64,000 nt of DNA from a virus (taxonomy: Duplodnaviria; Caudoviricetes): the IMG/VR virus record IMGVR_UViG_3300020048_000002. One strand, written 5' to 3'. The notes beneath the pieces were generated by a model. It saw only the letters and a program-made list of their open reading frames with translations. It ran no database searches and was not told where the DNA came from. Each line of letters begins with the position of its first letter. The first letter of the stretch is position 1. Both the position numbers and the translations under genes were made by a program. Below are positions 48,317 to 56,720 of the stretch, piece by piece.

Positions 48317-48623
48317 TCAGGAGAGTACCCGGCCCTGCCGTCCTCGGCCTACGTCGAGAGCATCCCGCATGGTCATGCCCTTGGTAACGACCCTGTAGTG
48401 CAGGGTGTTCTTCGGGATCCCGTACTCTTTGGCCCAGTCGACGAGGCACTGGGTGCGGCTACCCACCGCGTAGAAGGTGTTGTCGGGCCGCCTACGGCCG
48501 ATCTCGTGCTGGGTCGCCCAGTAGGTGTTCTCGGGATCGAAGTCTCGGTTCGGGTCCCTCCGCCAGAACCGTGAGCCGTCCGTAGGTGTCCCCTTCTTGC
48601 ACCTTCGGTCGAGGCTTCCGCAT
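48317..48623 (-). pseudogene. Internally deleted, frameshifted HNH homing endonuclease
   Basis: GDTYGRLTVL N-terminus joined out of frame to DFDPENTYWAT..TQCLVDWAKEYGIPKNTLHYRV..GMTMRDAL. Confidence 0.65.
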
Positions 48624-48627
48624 GAGG

Positions 48628-49143
48628 CTAGTTCCTCTTGGAGGTCGACTGGATGCGTACGATGTGGGCACTCTGGGCCTTCGGAGCTTCGGGCTTCTGA
48701 TCCCGGAGACGGTAGAGACCCTTCTCGACGCGCTCGAAGTCGTTGCGGTGGTTGCGGTAGAGGCTCTTGTTCACTTGGTTCTGGGCGTCCTTGTAGACGG
48801 AGAGATCGAAGCTCCCTTGTGCTCGGATCCTCCGAAGGATCTCCAGGGGGCCGATGCTGTCCGACCCGATCGCCTCTCGAATCGCATCCAGGAACTTCCG
48901 GTGCTGATCGACCCGATCTCGCACCTGTGGAGCCAAGTCCTCCAAGGACTTGGGAGCCTCATCTTTTACAGGTGGGGACTTCGGGGGTCGTCCCTTGGCC
49001 TTCGTAGTGGGTTGCTCTTGGGCCGCCATGGCTTGAGCGATCGTATCGAGGCTGTCCCCCGTGAGATCGGGGAAAGCCAGTCGTAGGGCGTACCTGGCCT
49101 TGGCGTAGGTCAGAAAGAGTTGGAGCGTGTCTTGAGGGGTCAT
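48628..49143 (-). CDS. Winged-helix DNA-binding protein
   Basis: EILRRI..VNKSLY..FERVEKGLYRL. Confidence 0.6.
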   Translation of the reverse strand: MTPQDTLQLFLTYAKARYALRLAFPDLTGDSLDTIAQAMAAQEQPTTKAKGRPPKSPPVKDEAPKSLEDLAPQVRDRVDQHRKFLDAIREAIGSDSIGPLEILRRIRAQGSFDLSVYKDAQNQVNKSLYRNHRNDFERVEKGLYRLRDQKPEAPKAQSAHIVRIQSTSKRN

Positions 49144-49147
49144 AGGG

Positions 49148-49642
49148 CTAGGTTTCGGGCAAGGGGGGATACTCGATCCCGTGTTGTTGGCAAAGACCCT
49201 GGAGGGTCTGGATGTAGGCAAGGAGGAGCTTCTTCTTCATCAGTTGCGGTCGCTTGGGAGCCCTATGCGATGAGCTGGAGAGCTTCGTGTACTCCGCTAC
49301 AAGCTGGTAGGTTGGAGCGATCTTGTGCTCTCGTACCCACTGGAGGACCTTCGGAAGGACTTGTTCTCGTAGATCCTTCCGGTAGCTTGCCAAAAGGCAC
49401 GTCGCATCGACCCCGAGCGTATCGACGTCGAGTCGAAGGGCGACTCCCTTCTTGAAGTCTCGGAACCTCTTGGGGGTGCAGAGACGCTCGACCCGGAGAA
49501 GGTCGGACCAGCGTCCGTGATGCTCCCGCCAGATGCCCGGTAGGGCTTCGACCTCCAAGAGGAGGTGCATGAGCTGAACTTGGGCAGCATCGCTCGACGC
49601 CGAGTGCTTCCGAGCCCGGGAGATGAACGTTTCGTAGCGCAT
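49148..49642 (-). CDS. Hypothetical protein
   Basis: Collinear ORF. Confidence 0.6.
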   Translation of the reverse strand: MRYETFISRARKHSASSDAAQVQLMHLLLEVEALPGIWREHHGRWSDLLRVERLCTPKRFRDFKKGVALRLDVDTLGVDATCLLASYRKDLREQVLPKVLQWVREHKIAPTYQLVAEYTKLSSSSHRAPKRPQLMKKKLLLAYIQTLQGLCQQHGIEYPPLPET

Positions 49643-49686
49643 CGATCAGATCCTACACCGGAGGTTCGAATCCCCCGGTGAGATTC

Positions 49687-50403
49687 TCAGAGGCGCTCCC
49701 AGAAGGCCGGGGGCTTGGCAACGAAGCCCGGAATCTCACTGGCGTTGGACCAGTGCATGGTCCCCTTGGCGTCCCGGACCCCCACTCGGGTCTGCCACTT
49801 GTTTCGGAACTTGGTCGCACCCGACCAGGCGAGGATCCCCTCGACCCCTTGGACGGTGACCTTCGTGCCCTTGGGAGGCAGCCCGTTCAGAGCCTCCTCA
49901 GCAACCTTCCGTTGCTTCTCCGAGGCAGCTTCACGAGCCGCCCGCTTGGCTGCCTTCTCAGCCTCCTTGCGAGCCTCAAGCTCACGAGCCTCTTGAGCCT
50001 TCCGCTTATCCTCGGCCCTCTTGGCCTCCCGGTGGGCCTCGTAGGCGGCATAGTCCGCCTTCATCTCCTCGGTCCACACGACATCCACCTCGGCCGTTAG
50101 CCAGATGTCCGACATCCCGATCCGGGCCGACATGTTCGTGCAGTCGACCCAGCCGAACCGCTCGTGCGGAGCAAGGTCTTGGGGCTTGGAATAGGGGCCG
50201 AGGACCTCGGGTACATACTCGGTGTACCCGAGGTCCCAGCTCGTCCCCAGGTACACGAGGGCATCCACGCACTCAGTCGGGTGGCGGTCGGTGTAATCCA
50301 TGGTCCCCGACCAGTTTCGGGTCCCGGTGTATTGGAAAACCTTGAGGACACGACCCTCAAAGAGAGTCTCGACGCTTTCCCCGCTCTTTCGGATGATGCT
50401 CAT
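49687..50403 (-). CDS. Hypothetical leaderless early-type protein
   Basis: ATG 4 nt after promoter motif; ends FWERL. Confidence 0.75.
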   Translation of the reverse strand: MSIIRKSGESVETLFEGRVLKVFQYTGTRNWSGTMDYTDRHPTECVDALVYLGTSWDLGYTEYVPEVLGPYSKPQDLAPHERFGWVDCTNMSARIGMSDIWLTAEVDVVWTEEMKADYAAYEAHREAKRAEDKRKAQEARELEARKEAEKAAKRAAREAASEKQRKVAEEALNGLPPKGTKVTVQGVEGILAWSGATKFRNKWQTRVGVRDAKGTMHWSNASEIPGFVAKPPAFWERL

Positions 50404-50407
50404 GCCC

Positions 50408-50439
50408 CTAGTACGACTCTGGGGGGTCTCAAATCAACC
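50408..50439 (-). promoter_or_regulatory. Repeated phage promoter motif, copy 3 (leaderless)
   Basis: GGTTGATTTG..GAGTCGTACTAG-gggc-ATG. Confidence 0.85.
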
Positions 50440-50442
50440 GCT

Positions 50443-50760
50443 CTAAGCAAAAACTTCGACTTGGGGTCCCGAGAACAGGGAGAGGGCTTGGGCGACTTGG
50501 GTGTCGGTGAGCCCCACGGTGTCCCCTTCCTCGTTCGAGGATGCCACGAGAATGGGTCCAACGAGGGGCATCCCAACAATGACCCGGTTCAGCGGGAGCC
50601 CTTCGAGGATCCCTTCCTCGTTGACCCAAAGGTCAAGATCGCCCACTCGAACGAGTTCTACGTAACCTCCTACGACCTCTTGCATGGCTTCGAGGGTAGG
50701 CTCAATCTCCGTCACGGCCGGGGAAGATCCCGGCTCGACGATGAGGACTCGGATCTTCAT
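50443..50760 (-). CDS. DUF3846-like protein
   Basis: TLEAMQEVVGGYVE..VNEEG..GLPLNR. Confidence 0.8.
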   Translation of the reverse strand: MKIRVLIVEPGSSPAVTEIEPTLEAMQEVVGGYVELVRVGDLDLWVNEEGILEGLPLNRVIVGMPLVGPILVASSNEEGDTVGLTDTQVAQALSLFSGPQVEVFA

Positions 50761-50771
50761 GTCGGTCTTTC

Positions 50772-51332
50772 TCAGGCTGCGCCTGGTTTCGTCGAAATAC
50801 GAACAAGGGGGTATCGGGCGAGGTTCTCTTGGAGATTCTTGGCAAGTACCGGAAGGATCTCCGTGTACGAGATTGCGGGCTCTCCCTTGCGGGGACACGG
50901 GACTTCGATCCCGATGGGCAGGAGACTCCGTGCTCGATGGTGCCAATCCGGTACGGGGCCTACCTTCGCAGCCAGGGCGACGAAATCGAGGTACCCTAGC
51001 TCACTCCGTTGGAGCCCACCTGCTTCGGAGTGGTAATGGGCTTGGACCATGAGGGCTGCGACTCGGGTAGGCTCAGAACGAACCTCCCAAAGAGCACGGG
51101 CCGTCTTTCGTAGGGCGTCGCCGGAGAAGAGCGGTAGGAAGGCTCCCCCAGGTACAGACGGATGCGCCCGTAAGAGTACCTCGACGACGTTCCCCACAGG
51201 CGCACTAGCCCACGAGTAGATCGTATCGAGGTCTGTCGGAACCTCGATCTCGTGGCACGGGACCACGAAGTCGTCGGGGTTCCAGCCCAAGGCGTCGAGA
51301 ACCCGCTCCCAACTCCTCGACGTGTGGCTCAC
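50772..51332 (-). CDS. Hypothetical protein
   Basis: GTGA coupling to upstream gene; begins SHTSRSWERVL. Confidence 0.55.
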   Translation of the reverse strand: MSHTSRSWERVLDALGWNPDDFVVPCHEIEVPTDLDTIYSWASAPVGNVVEVLLRAHPSVPGGAFLPLFSGDALRKTARALWEVRSEPTRVAALMVQAHYHSEAGGLQRSELGYLDFVALAAKVGPVPDWHHRARSLLPIGIEVPCPRKGEPAISYTEILPVLAKNLQENLARYPLVRISTKPGAA

Positions 51333-51580
51333 GGCTCGTCTACGTAGATCGACACGGGATCCCCGTGGTCGTAGCACTCGAAGCTGTCGACTCGGAACGT
51401 CCCCCGTGACTGGGGACCGAACACGGAGGCGAGCTTCTCCTCCTGGTTGTTCTGGAGAAGGACCGACAAGAACGCCTCGGCGTCCTCTCGGCTAGGGTGC
51501 ATGTGCCGCCCCTGAGCGGCCCCGAGGAGGATCCGGAGGCCGTTCTTTGCTGTATAGGTGACTTGGTAGAGCGTTCTCAT
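51329..51580 (-). CDS. Hypothetical protein
   Basis: GAGGAG RBS. Confidence 0.65.
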   Translation of the reverse strand: MRTLYQVTYTAKNGLRILLGAAQGRHMHPSREDAEAFLSVLLQNNQEEKLASVFGPQSRGTFRVDSFECYDHGDPVSIYVDEP

Positions 51581-51591
51581 TGAATCTCCTC

Positions 51592-51831
51592 TCAGGCTCG
51601 GGCGGCCCGTGCCGCCACGAACAGGGCTCGACGCCCTTCGACGTCGAGCTTGTCCCGCTTGGACTCACAGCGTGCCCGCTGGCACAGGTAGAAGCCCGGA
51701 CCATCGGAGCCATCGTGTACAACCTCGTCATCCGAGACGTACTCCATACCGACCGGCTTGTTGCAGCAGTCGCAGAGGCGACTGGCAACGAACTGCCCGT
51801 TCCCCAACCCCGATCGTTTGTCGTACTTCAT
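51592..51831 (-). CDS. Small Cys-rich leaderless protein
   Basis: ATG 4 nt after motif; CDCC, CxxxxC. Confidence 0.7.
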   Translation of the reverse strand: MKYDKRSGLGNGQFVASRLCDCCNKPVGMEYVSDDEVVHDGSDGPGFYLCQRARCESKRDKLDVEGRRALFVAARAARA

Positions 51832-51835
51832 GTCT

Positions 51836-51867
51836 CTAGTACGACTTGGCTTCCCTCAAAATCAACC
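51836..51867 (-). promoter_or_regulatory. Repeated phage promoter motif, copy 4 (leaderless)
   Basis: GGTTGATTTT..AAGTCGTACTAG-agac-ATG. Confidence 0.85.
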
Positions 51868-51871
51868 GAGG

Positions 51872-52177
51872 CTAGGGGTAATTCGACGCGCGCGGTCGAC
51901 CCCCAACCACTTGCAGGTTGGCTGCGTTGAAGTGTCGCCACTTGGGACCCACTTCCCCTGGCTCGACTTCACGGGGCTCGTCCACAGCGACGAAGTAGCC
52001 GTTCGAGAGGCTTCCGTCGCGGCAAAGAGCACAGGAGCAGGGGACGAGAGTCCACTTGCTTGCCCCCTCCCCTCCCGCCACTTGACCCGTCGAACGAAGG
52101 AACACCCCCGTGAGTTGAACCTTCGTCCCCGGGCTCATTTCAGAGAGTCTCAGTCCCCTCTTTGTCTCCATGGTCAA
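51872..52177 (-). CDS. Hypothetical protein
   Basis: Coupled to upstream gene. Confidence 0.55.
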   Translation of the reverse strand: MTMETKRGLRLSEMSPGTKVQLTGVFLRSTGQVAGGEGASKWTLVPCSCALCRDGSLSNGYFVAVDEPREVEPGEVGPKWRHFNAANLQVVGGRPRASNYP

Positions 52178-52569
52178 TCTCCGATCGAGAGGGAGCCCGT
52201 CTGCACGACGACGGTCACCGTCTCCTCCGTCCCCTCGTAGAGGGCGTTCTCGTTCTCGATTTGAACGCCCTTCACGTTCGAGAAGAGTTTCTGGAACGAG
52301 GCCAGCACCCGACGCCCACGCTCCTTGACGCCCACCTTCTCACAATCCAGTGGGTGGAGCCGGAACCGGAGAAAGTACCCCGTCTCGTCCGTGTAGGCCC
52401 GCTGGCTGAGCCAGTAGCCCACGTCGACGAGGATAACGGACTCTCGGACCATGTACTCCGACTCCGGGGCTACGTCTTGGTCCCAGATCTTGGAGACACG
52501 CTCCACGAACCCTCGGTTGTGTTGCTTCAGGAGATCTCGTGCCTTGAAACCCGAACAAATGCCTTCCAT
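52174..52569 (-). CDS. Hypothetical leaderless protein
   Basis: ATG 4 nt after motif. Confidence 0.7.
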   Translation of the reverse strand: MEGICSGFKARDLLKQHNRGFVERVSKIWDQDVAPESEYMVRESVILVDVGYWLSQRAYTDETGYFLRFRLHPLDCEKVGVKERGRRVLASFQKLFSNVKGVQIENENALYEGTEETVTVVVQTGSLSIGD

Positions 52570-52573
52570 GCCC

Positions 52574-52605
52574 CTAGTACGACTCGCGTACGCTCACGAT
52601 CAACC
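52574..52605 (-). promoter_or_regulatory. Repeated phage promoter motif, copy 5 (leaderless)
   Basis: GGTTGATCGT..GAGTCGTACTAG-gggc-ATG. Confidence 0.8.
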
Positions 52606-52611
52606 AAGAAT

Positions 52612-52644
52612 GAAAGACCCCCAAAGATTTCTCCTTGGGGGTCT
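52612..52644 (-). terminator. Terminator hairpin, identical to 53437-53469
   Basis: AGACCCCCAAGGAGAAATCTTTGGGGGTCTTTC. Confidence 0.75.
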
Positions 52645-52662
52645 TGTCTGCCCTTGGGGGCC

Positions 52663-52998
52663 TCAGAGTTTGATTTGTCGGCCCGTGAGGACGTTCACGA
52701 CCTTGGCACCGGGGCCGAATGCTGCCCGCATCTCGAACAACTCCTCCCCCGAGGGGATGTGGTTCTTAGCGGCCTTGCAGTAGGAGGCCAGCGCCGCCCG
52801 GCTGTGGGCCTCACACGCGGCCTTCTGTCCTGCCGGGGGAACCACCCCGGCATCCCGGAAGATGTCGACCGGGACCGGACGGTCCTCCTTGCTTCGGAGC
52901 GAGGACCAGCAGAGCACCCCGTTCTCCAGGGCGTAGGTCTCCTCACGGAGACTCTTTTGGAGGCGCTCCATCTCCGCCTTTTTCCAATCGTAGCTCAT
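52663..52998 (-). CDS. Hypothetical leaderless protein
   Basis: ATG 4 nt after motif; EELFEMRAAFGPGAKVVNVLTG. Confidence 0.75.
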   Translation of the reverse strand: MSYDWKKAEMERLQKSLREETYALENGVLCWSSLRSKEDRPVPVDIFRDAGVVPPAGQKAACEAHSRAALASYCKAAKNHIPSGEELFEMRAAFGPGAKVVNVLTGRQIKL

Positions 52999-53002
52999 GC
53001 CC

Positions 53003-53034
53003 CTAGTACGACTGAGCCCACCTCAAAATCAACC
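53003..53034 (-). promoter_or_regulatory. Repeated phage promoter motif, copy 6 (leaderless)
   Basis: GGTTGATTTT..CAGTCGTACTAG-gggc-ATG. Confidence 0.85.
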
Positions 53035-53076
53035 GGGTCAATCCCCAATCGAGAAGGAACCCGTCGCCTCGTAAAC

Positions 53077-53394
53077 TCAGATGATGTTGCAGAGGATCTG
53101 CACAGCCGCTTCCATGGGCGACCTGGCGGAGCGGGAGAGGTCACCGCTGAGGCTCTCGGCCTCGTTGTCCTGGACCCAGACCGTGCCGAGAGAGCCTGTC
53201 CAGCTTGGGCTCACGATGTCGAAGCCCTTGCCGCAGAGGCGAACGAAGTCCGGGTCCTCGAACTCGGGGCCGGTCTTCTCGACGAGGCTGAACGTGTAAC
53301 CCATCAGATCGAAGCTGCCGTCGTCGTGGGCAACCACGTCAACGTTCCTGCCGGACCAGTCGGAGCGGGGCATCGTGATGATCTTCGTGCTCAT
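53077..53394 (-). CDS. Hypothetical leaderless protein
   Basis: ATG 4 nt after motif. Confidence 0.7.
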   Translation of the reverse strand: MSTKIITMPRSDWSGRNVDVVAHDDGSFDLMGYTFSLVEKTGPEFEDPDFVRLCGKGFDIVSPSWTGSLGTVWVQDNEAESLSGDLSRSARSPMEAAVQILCNII

Positions 53395-53398
53395 GCCC

Positions 53399-53430
53399 CT
53401 AGTACGACTCAGAGAGGGTCAAACCCAACC
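53399..53430 (-). promoter_or_regulatory. Repeated phage promoter motif, copy 7 (variant -35, leaderless)
   Basis: GGTTGGGTTT..GAGTCGTACTAG-gggc-ATG. Confidence 0.75.
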
Positions 53431-53436
53431 GGTAAC

Positions 53437-53469
53437 GAAAGACCCCCAAAGATTTCTCCTTGGGGGTCT
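53437..53469 (-). terminator. Terminator hairpin, identical to 52612-52644
   Basis: 33-bp exact duplicate. Confidence 0.75.
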
Positions 53470-53472
53470 CCT

Positions 53473-53501
53473 TGGTTAGGCCCACCTGGGTTCGAACCAG
53501 G
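53473..53501 (-). other. Orphan tRNA 3' half (T-arm + acceptor 3' strand + ACCA)
   Basis: CCTGG-TTCGAAC-CCAGG-TGGGCCT-A-ACCA. Confidence 0.55.
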
Positions 53502-53510
53502 AACGGCTAG

Positions 53511-53589
53511 TAGGCCGCAGAGGAGTCGAACCTCTTACCACTTGTATATAAGACGAGCGCCAGCACCGGCCAGGCTTAGGTTACGGCCC
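53511..53589 (-). tRNA. tRNA-Ile(UAU), atypical D-arm
   Basis: Acceptor GGGCCGT/GCGGCCT, anticodon loop CT-TAT-AT, T-arm AGAGG-TTCGACT-CCTCT; one C-A mismatch in the anticodon stem. Confidence 0.6.
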
Positions 53590-53597
53590 GATGACTG

Positions 53598-53954
53598 TCA
53601 GTTCGTCGAGATCGTGTAAATGTTGGGGATTTTCCCCCGGTTCTTGATATTGATCTTGAACTTGCCTTCCCAAGCGGGGGTCCACGAGAGAACGCACATG
53701 TCGGTGCCGTCGACATCGGACTCGACGAGGTTGCCATTTCCGTCGTAGGCGTAGCAGTCGAGGTCGGTCGAACCGTCTCCGTTGACGGTAACTCGGGCCA
53801 ACCGCTCGGCCTCGAACACCATGGTGTAGACATCCGTCCCCTTGGCGTCGACCATGTCGACCTTGCTCTGGGGTCCTCGGACATGCCCAGCGAGGGCATT
53901 GCCAGCACAGAGAACGACGGGAAGGGCAGCTAGAGCGAGAAGGAATCGACGCAT
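53598..53954 (-). CDS. Secreted PPC (pre-peptidase C-terminal)-like domain protein
   Basis: Signal peptide MRRFLLAL..ALA; GDGSTDLDCYAYDGNGNLV. Confidence 0.7.
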   Translation of the reverse strand: MRRFLLALAALPVVLCAGNALAGHVRGPQSKVDMVDAKGTDVYTMVFEAERLARVTVNGDGSTDLDCYAYDGNGNLVESDVDGTDMCVLSWTPAWEGKFKINIKNRGKIPNIYTISTN

Positions 53955-54022
53955 GACATCTCCATCTTGTTGGGACCCTTCTGCCTCTTACACCACAGGG
54001 TGAGGCTCGGGTCGATCGTTTT

Positions 54023-54337
54023 TCACGGACATCCGGGGTCCTCCATCGGAACCCCCGCATCTTCGGGGAGATCCAACTCCGGGTCGAACCAGTCGCACCC
54101 GAGAGGGTCTCCTACACCAATCTCTGAGGGGACCACATCCTCATCGCCCATGCAACAGCACATGGGAGCGCCCCCCATCCCCATGGACGCATCTTCCACG
54201 AACAACGGGGTTTGGTCCAGCTCCTCGTGCAACGCCGCCTCAGCGGGCTTGGGAGCGGGCTTCTGGGCCTTCGTAGGGTCTTGGCCACAGGTCAGGAGAA
54301 GGAGGGCGGAGCCGAGTAGAATGGCAGTAGGTCGCAT
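54023..54337 (-). CDS. Putative lipoprotein
   Basis: Hydrophobic leader ending LLTC; acidic C-terminus. Confidence 0.55.
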   Translation of the reverse strand: MRPTAILLGSALLLLTCGQDPTKAQKPAPKPAEAALHEELDQTPLFVEDASMGMGGAPMCCCMGDEDVVPSEIGVGDPLGCDWFDPELDLPEDAGVPMEDPGCP

Positions 54338-54364
54338 AACACCCTCCATGAGGTACAAGTGAAA

Positions 54365-54826
54365 TCAACCCCGGAAGGGGATGACCTCGGATTCCCACCA
54401 GGGGGGCAAGGGTTCCGACTGAAGCGTGTTCGCCATCTTGGCCACCTTGTACGACGGAACCTTGTGGACGTTTCTTCGAGCCGCTGTCTCGGTAGGACAC
54501 TGGATCTCGACGACCTTGGCCTCGTACCCCGCTGTCCGAGCGCCGAGCATGTACGGACTTGCCTCCAAGAGTCGAATGTTCGTGTTGTCGACGATGACGA
54601 GGTTGGTCCCCCTCGCAGTCGCCTCTAGGAACCTTCGGAAGCAGCTTGCGTGAGCCTCGTCGAGATCCGTGGGGTCGAACACGTAGAACCCACTACGCTC
54701 GAAGTGGTGGTCCGCAGAGACGATCTCCGCTGTCCTCCCACTCAGGTTGGCCTCTAGGGCGAGATGCCGACCATAGGTCGTCTTGCCAGCACCAGAGATC
54801 CCTCGAAGAACAACGACTTGCCGCAT
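54365..54826 (-). CDS. AAA_33/polynucleotide-kinase-like P-loop protein
   Basis: LRGISGAGKT, SADHHF, VIVDNTN, RNVHKVP. Confidence 0.85.
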   Translation of the reverse strand: MRQVVVLRGISGAGKTTYGRHLALEANLSGRTAEIVSADHHFERSGFYVFDPTDLDEAHASCFRRFLEATARGTNLVIVDNTNIRLLEASPYMLGARTAGYEAKVVEIQCPTETAARRNVHKVPSYKVAKMANTLQSEPLPPWWESEVIPFRG

Positions 54827-54831
54827 ACTCT

Positions 54832-55020
54832 CTAACCGAACAGGTAATGGGTGAACCGGGACACCTTCGGGTCCGTGATGGCCGAGATGTGTCGAATGAG
54901 CCACTGACGCTTGAGCGCAGGGCGTCTAGGAGCCTTCGCCACGTCGAGGTGGAGGAATCGAGCAAGCCGCTCTAGATCCTCCGTCTTGGCCGGGAGTAAG
55001 AGTTGTGAGGGTAGGTTCAT
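54832..55020 (-). CDS. Small hypothetical protein
   Basis: Collinear ORF. Confidence 0.5.
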   Translation of the reverse strand: MNLPSQLLLPAKTEDLERLARFLHLDVAKAPRRPALKRQWLIRHISAITDPKVSRFTHYLFG

Positions 55021-55298
55021 GGTGTAGGTAGCGTCCTACAAGGACTCCCACACTGGGGGTCATCGGACCTCCCCACTTCAGCCAATCGAGTCTCCAAAAA
55101 ACTCCAAGGGCCGATACCCTCGGACAAGGATACCGGCCCCTAGCGACCTGTCAGGCTCGTCGTCGCCCCGAACTTTGTGGTTGTCGGCACCTCGCGCTCT
55201 GAGTTCGCGTTCTCCCGGCTGCGTCCGCATGACTCGACGGAAGACCCACCGTAACTGCCACCCTGTCCGGAGTGACCCCCGCCGTGGTCGCGGGGAAG

Positions 55299-55370
<72 letters not shown>

Positions 55371-55540
55371 GAAACACCGGGCTTGTCACCCCGGCAGGAG
55401 CCTCGGATTTACCACCACCGCTGCTCACTCTCGTGAGCCCCCGGGACCTGCATCCTTGGCTAGCCGGTCCCGACCCAACATCACTCGACGACATCCAAGC
55501 GTTGCTTCCGTCCGGCGGTGTACCCACTCAACCCCCGTGA

Positions 55541-55595
55541 CGCGGGGAGCAGGACTCGAACCTGCTCCGTTCTCCGGTTCAGAAGCACTCCCCGC
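55541..55595 (-). ncRNA. Minimal tRNA-like element lacking the D-arm
   Basis: Acceptor GCGGGGA/TCCCCGC, T-arm GCAGG-TTCGAGT-CCTGC, a single 4-bp hairpin between them. Confidence 0.5.
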
Positions 55596-55714
55596 TGCGG
55601 CTTTTCACTAGAAGGACGTTCTGTGCCCTCCAGCGGGTATCAAACCCGCGCCGATCTCAGCGTAAGAGTCGCTTGGCTGTCAAGGAGCGGAGGGGGCCGA
55701 AGCACCCTCGATCT

Positions 55715-55746
55715 CTAGTACGACTCGACACCCTCTAAAATCAACC
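55715..55746 (-). promoter_or_regulatory. Repeated phage promoter motif, copy 8 (drives RNA cluster)
   Basis: GGTTGATTTT..GAGTCGTACTAG with no ORF downstream. Confidence 0.8.
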
Positions 55747-55750
55747 GAAT

Positions 55751-55915
55751 TCAACGTGCCCGGCGGCGAGGGCGTACATTGTTCGATCGACCACAAGCGC
55801 CACAGTGGGCGGGGCTCAGCCACACGACGTCGCCCTCCTTGGCATACTTTGGAGAGTAACTCCAAGCATTACAGTGGCGACAAACAAAGGCCGCCATGGT
55901 CAGGATCTCTTTCAT
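55751..55915 (-). CDS. 54-aa leaderless zinc-ribbon protein (not in ORF track)
   Basis: MKEILTMAAFVCRHC..HCGACG; ATG 4 nt after motif. Confidence 0.7.
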   Translation of the reverse strand: MKEILTMAAFVCRHCNAWSYSPKYAKEGDVVWLSPAHCGACGRSNNVRPRRRAR

Positions 55916-55919
55916 GATC

Positions 55920-55951
55920 CTAGTACGACTCAGCTCCCTCCAGAATCAACG
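55920..55951 (-). promoter_or_regulatory. Repeated phage promoter motif, copy 9 (leaderless)
   Basis: CGTTGATTCT..GAGTCGTACTAG-gatc-ATG. Confidence 0.85.
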
Positions 55952-56026
55952 GACGGATCAAAAATCGAAGGGCCGCCACTCTCGGAAGAGTATCGGCCCT
56001 TGAGAAGGGGTCGAGGAACGTCAGGC

Positions 56027-56446
56027 TCAGTGGGCGTAGGGCACTACCCAGTCGTCGTCATCGGGGATGGCCGACTGAAGACCTTGGAGGCCCTTATGGC
56101 TGGCGGCGATCTCCAACGCCAGCTCGGGGTTGGCCATGACAGCGTTGTACGTTCGCTTGCCCAAGCCAACGATGACCCCAAGCAGGTCTTCCATGTCTCT
56201 GGCAGGGATGTCGATCACGCCCTTGAGCTGCTTACCGAGCTTGCCCATCAGCATTTCAGTCATCTTCTTGAACTGATCTGTCTGCTCCCTTGGAAGGAGC
56301 CGCTTGAGATTAATTTTCCCATCACTGCGGTACTTTACTTTGGATCCCCAGCCGAACTTCTCCACGATGTCCCAGAAGGCGCTCTCGCTGAGAGCGGAAG
56401 CCTCTAGGTACCTTGCCACAACTCGGCGGGGTCGGACGCTGCTCAT
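56027..56446 (-). CDS. DUF4240-like protein with RVVARYL leader
   Basis: LSESAFWDIV..IVGLGKRTYNAVMANP. Confidence 0.55.
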   Translation of the reverse strand: MSSVRPRRVVARYLEASALSESAFWDIVEKFGWGSKVKYRSDGKINLKRLLPREQTDQFKKMTEMLMGKLGKQLKGVIDIPARDMEDLLGVIVGLGKRTYNAVMANPELALEIAASHKGLQGLQSAIPDDDDWVVPYAH

Positions 56447-56477
56447 ACCTGAGCCCGCCCTACAAGTAAAAGTCCAA

Positions 56478-56705
56478 TCAGCCCCCGATGTCTACGAGGC
56501 GGGCAGGGAAGACCTCCGAGGGGTCGACCTGCCGCACGCCTTCCACGATGGCGCGGACGTAGTTCGCTCGCCCGAACCCAGGCGTCTGGATGTCTCCGAG
56601 GACGGAGACGATGCGGAAGCAGCCGTCCTCGTTCTCCAGGACATCCCCCACTCCGGGGAGGCCGTTCCCGCACTCGTGAACCGTGAACTCTTTACGCATT
56701 GTCAT
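56478..56705 (-). CDS. Hypothetical protein
   Basis: AAGGAG RBS. Confidence 0.6.
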   Translation of the reverse strand: MTMRKEFTVHECGNGLPGVGDVLENEDGCFRIVSVLGDIQTPGFGRANYVRAIVEGVRQVDPSEVFPARLVDIGG

Positions 56706-56720
56706 TCTCCTTCTTGTTGC

